Shown here: piece by piece, positions 61,860 to 64,000 of the stretch
Position numbering within the stretch: position 1 is the stretch's first letter
Layout of the letters: each line of letters opens with the position of its first letter
NCBI RefSeq assembly: GCF_028641065.1
Contig: NC_073410.1
Coordinates: 6,882,001 to 6,946,000, forward strand
Length of the DNA stretch: 64,000 bases
Direction of reading: 5' to 3'
From: Leucoraja erinacea
Taxonomy: Eukaryota
Made by a program: the position numbers and the translations under genes
The notes under the pieces: model-generated
The model's database searches: none
The model's input: the letters and a program-made list of their open reading frames with translations, nothing else
What the model was told of the DNA's origin: nothing

Positions 61860-63518
61860 TTACTCAATTAACCAGCATCTGCAGTTTGTTTCCTCCACAA
61901 GGACTATTGCCAACTGGCCCATTCCAGCATTTCATGCTGAGGGACTCACTGAAGCTTGGTGCCACCAATACAAATACTCAGCAGGGGGTGGACAACAATC
62001 CGGGGTCCTTCCGCTGCTGGACATTGAGGGGCTGTGTCCGGTGGGGACTGGTCAAACTGTAGTTGGAGAATCGCGAACAGTTTTGAGCTCTGTCCATTCA
62101 CTTTCTCGAAGAGTTGTGTAATGGACACATCTATCTCATCCGCAGTCTCTCAAATAGAGGTGCTTTGTTTTAACATTGATGGTGAAAAACGACTAAACTT
62201 CACAAATCACATCTTTAAACTCAGCTGAAAGAATATTACTTACACTCTGCTTGTCGCTTACGGAGAATTCCACTTGAAGTTCCGAGATCAGCTGGAAAAA
62301 AAAAGTTGAAAAAAAAAACGAAACATGTGAAGTTAGATCAAAACTTCAATTTCTGAGTTTTTACCAAAAAAAATTGAAAAGAAGTACGAGATCAAAGTTT
62401 TGTCCGATACACAGCAGTTATTTGGACGAGATAACTTTGCAGAACAATATTGATCAGTTGGGAGGATGGGCAAAGAGATGGCAGATGGAAATTAATACTG
62501 CAAGAGGCAATGCATTTTGAGATGGCTAATATGACTTTAAAAAGGAGTGAAGATCTGTGAGTATATATGTCCAAGGATTACTCAGGTGGAGGACAGGTAG
62601 ACAAGGTAGGCACCCCAAGGGTGGTGGAAATCAGGAACACACCACCTGATGGGTTGGACAAAACAGGTATTCTCACGTTTAATGTTGAGATGGGCATTTT
62701 TGAAATGCCGTGGCATAAAAGGCTGGGGCTGAGTGCTGGAAAAACAGAACAATATAAACAGGTCTTTGATTGCTGTTACAGACGTGATGGGTGATAGGAC
62801 CCGTTTCTGAGCTGTACGACTTTGTGACAACATGAAATAAAACAGTTTGGATAGTAATTCTATGTCCTGACAGAAAAAAGCTATAATCAAAAGTACAGAA
62901 AGCCTTGCATGTCTCTCGAAACTAAGTGTACACCATCAATAAAAAAGGCACTCCAGCTTATAAAACATTCAATACTGTGAAGGTTATATTTTCGCTGCAA
63001 GTTTGTTCGATTTGCATACTGCCATTAAGCCGGTAGGAATTGCTGAAACATGGAGACACTCACATTAGGAACAATAATTGGCTTTCTTCTTGCAATTTTC
63101 TGTGTCGATAGAAAAGCTTCCAAAGAGGACTTGCAATTTATGCCCTGCCTTGTTTCCAATTTAAACTACTGATTATGCATCCCATAATTTGTTTCAATTT
63201 ATAATCCATAGCTTCAGCCTAATTCTTTATTTTCGAAGAAAGTGAGTGCTTTCAGGATACCCAATACAATTACAGATTTATAATGGAATGATCAGGGGGC
63301 TTGCAGCTTACTGTTCCAGCCTCTGACTTGTATCATTAGGCAGGTGGGCTAATTTGTATGAAAAATGAACTTTTACAAAATAAATTGCAAATCACATTGT
63401 GCACTCAAATCAAGGGTGGGAGATTGCAACTTTCACGTGGTCCACCTTGTTTCGACGAATGCAATCAACCCGACGTGTACAAACGAGATCAAATGGAACA
63501 AATTGACCTACAACTTAA

Positions 63519-63989
63519 AGGGGCTGTCCCACTGCGGAGACCTAATGGGCGAGTTTAGAAGTGTATAGAAGACTAGCTTCGACTAGAAGACTAGCTTCGA
63601 CTAGCTTCGAAAATTGGACACCGAATATTTGAGAGTGAAGACGACCTCCTTCGACCTCCCTTCAACTATGTTGAAGACTACCTTCGATCACCTTCGACTA
63701 CCCTCGATTGCCTACGACTAACATGCCGATCTACTACGACCTACTTCGACTAAACCTACGAGTAAAAAAAAGAATCGATTTTTTTCCCTGGCGACCTTTT
63801 TTTACTCGCGGCCATTTTTCAACATGTTACAAAATACGCCGCGACCTAGCTGAGGCCTCGAGTATGTGGGGATTACTCTCGAGCATGAAGGAGAGTTACA
63901 AAGACCTCCTAGGACCTCATGTCGCCCATACTGCAAGTATGAGTCGAGGGCGAACTCGCGGATTAGGTTGCCGCAGTGAGACAGCCCCT
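63519..63989. mobile_element. Harbinger-like MITE (family G) with many internal cgacta/cgacct repeats
   Basis: AGGGGCTGTCCCACTGCGG ... CCGCAGTGAGACAGCCCCT; flanks TAA / TTA; splits the (AAG)n-tail retroposon. Confidence 0.84.
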
Positions 63990-64000
63990 TTAGGCTGTGC

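Overview
Repeat-rich vertebrate genomic DNA. The repeat set (HE1-type V-SINEs, CR1, DeuSINE relics, Penelope-like elements) points to a cartilaginous fish, probably a skate or ray (inference). The whole window lies inside the cadherin-23 gene (CDH23, the hair-cell tip-link cadherin) on the minus strand. Four GT-AG exons can be read directly: 60144-60236, 31247-31441, 25893-26021 and 11649-11727 (93/195/129/79 nt, the sizes of human c.337-832), encoding the end of EC1, EC2 and the start of EC3. The rest is intron filled with nested transposable elements: about 30 tRNA-derived V-SINE copies or fragments, CR1 3' ends, Rex1/Babar and L2 fragments, Tigger-like and Harbinger-like MITEs, a candidate solo LTR, and a Penelope GIY-YIG fragment. 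The most notable signal is more than 20 copies of a Penelope-derived unit carrying a minimal hammerhead-ribozyme motif. Several are ~90-97 bp inserts with their own 9-15 bp target-site duplications, and the unit's GAGTWACTC motif is repeatedly hit by Harbinger-like MITEs. Also notable: the base equivalent to mouse Cdh23 c.753 (ahl splice variant) is T here. Most ORFs in the supplied track are repeat-derived or chance. Repeat family names are from recognition, not a database search, and repeat boundaries are approximate unless a TSD or TIR is quoted.
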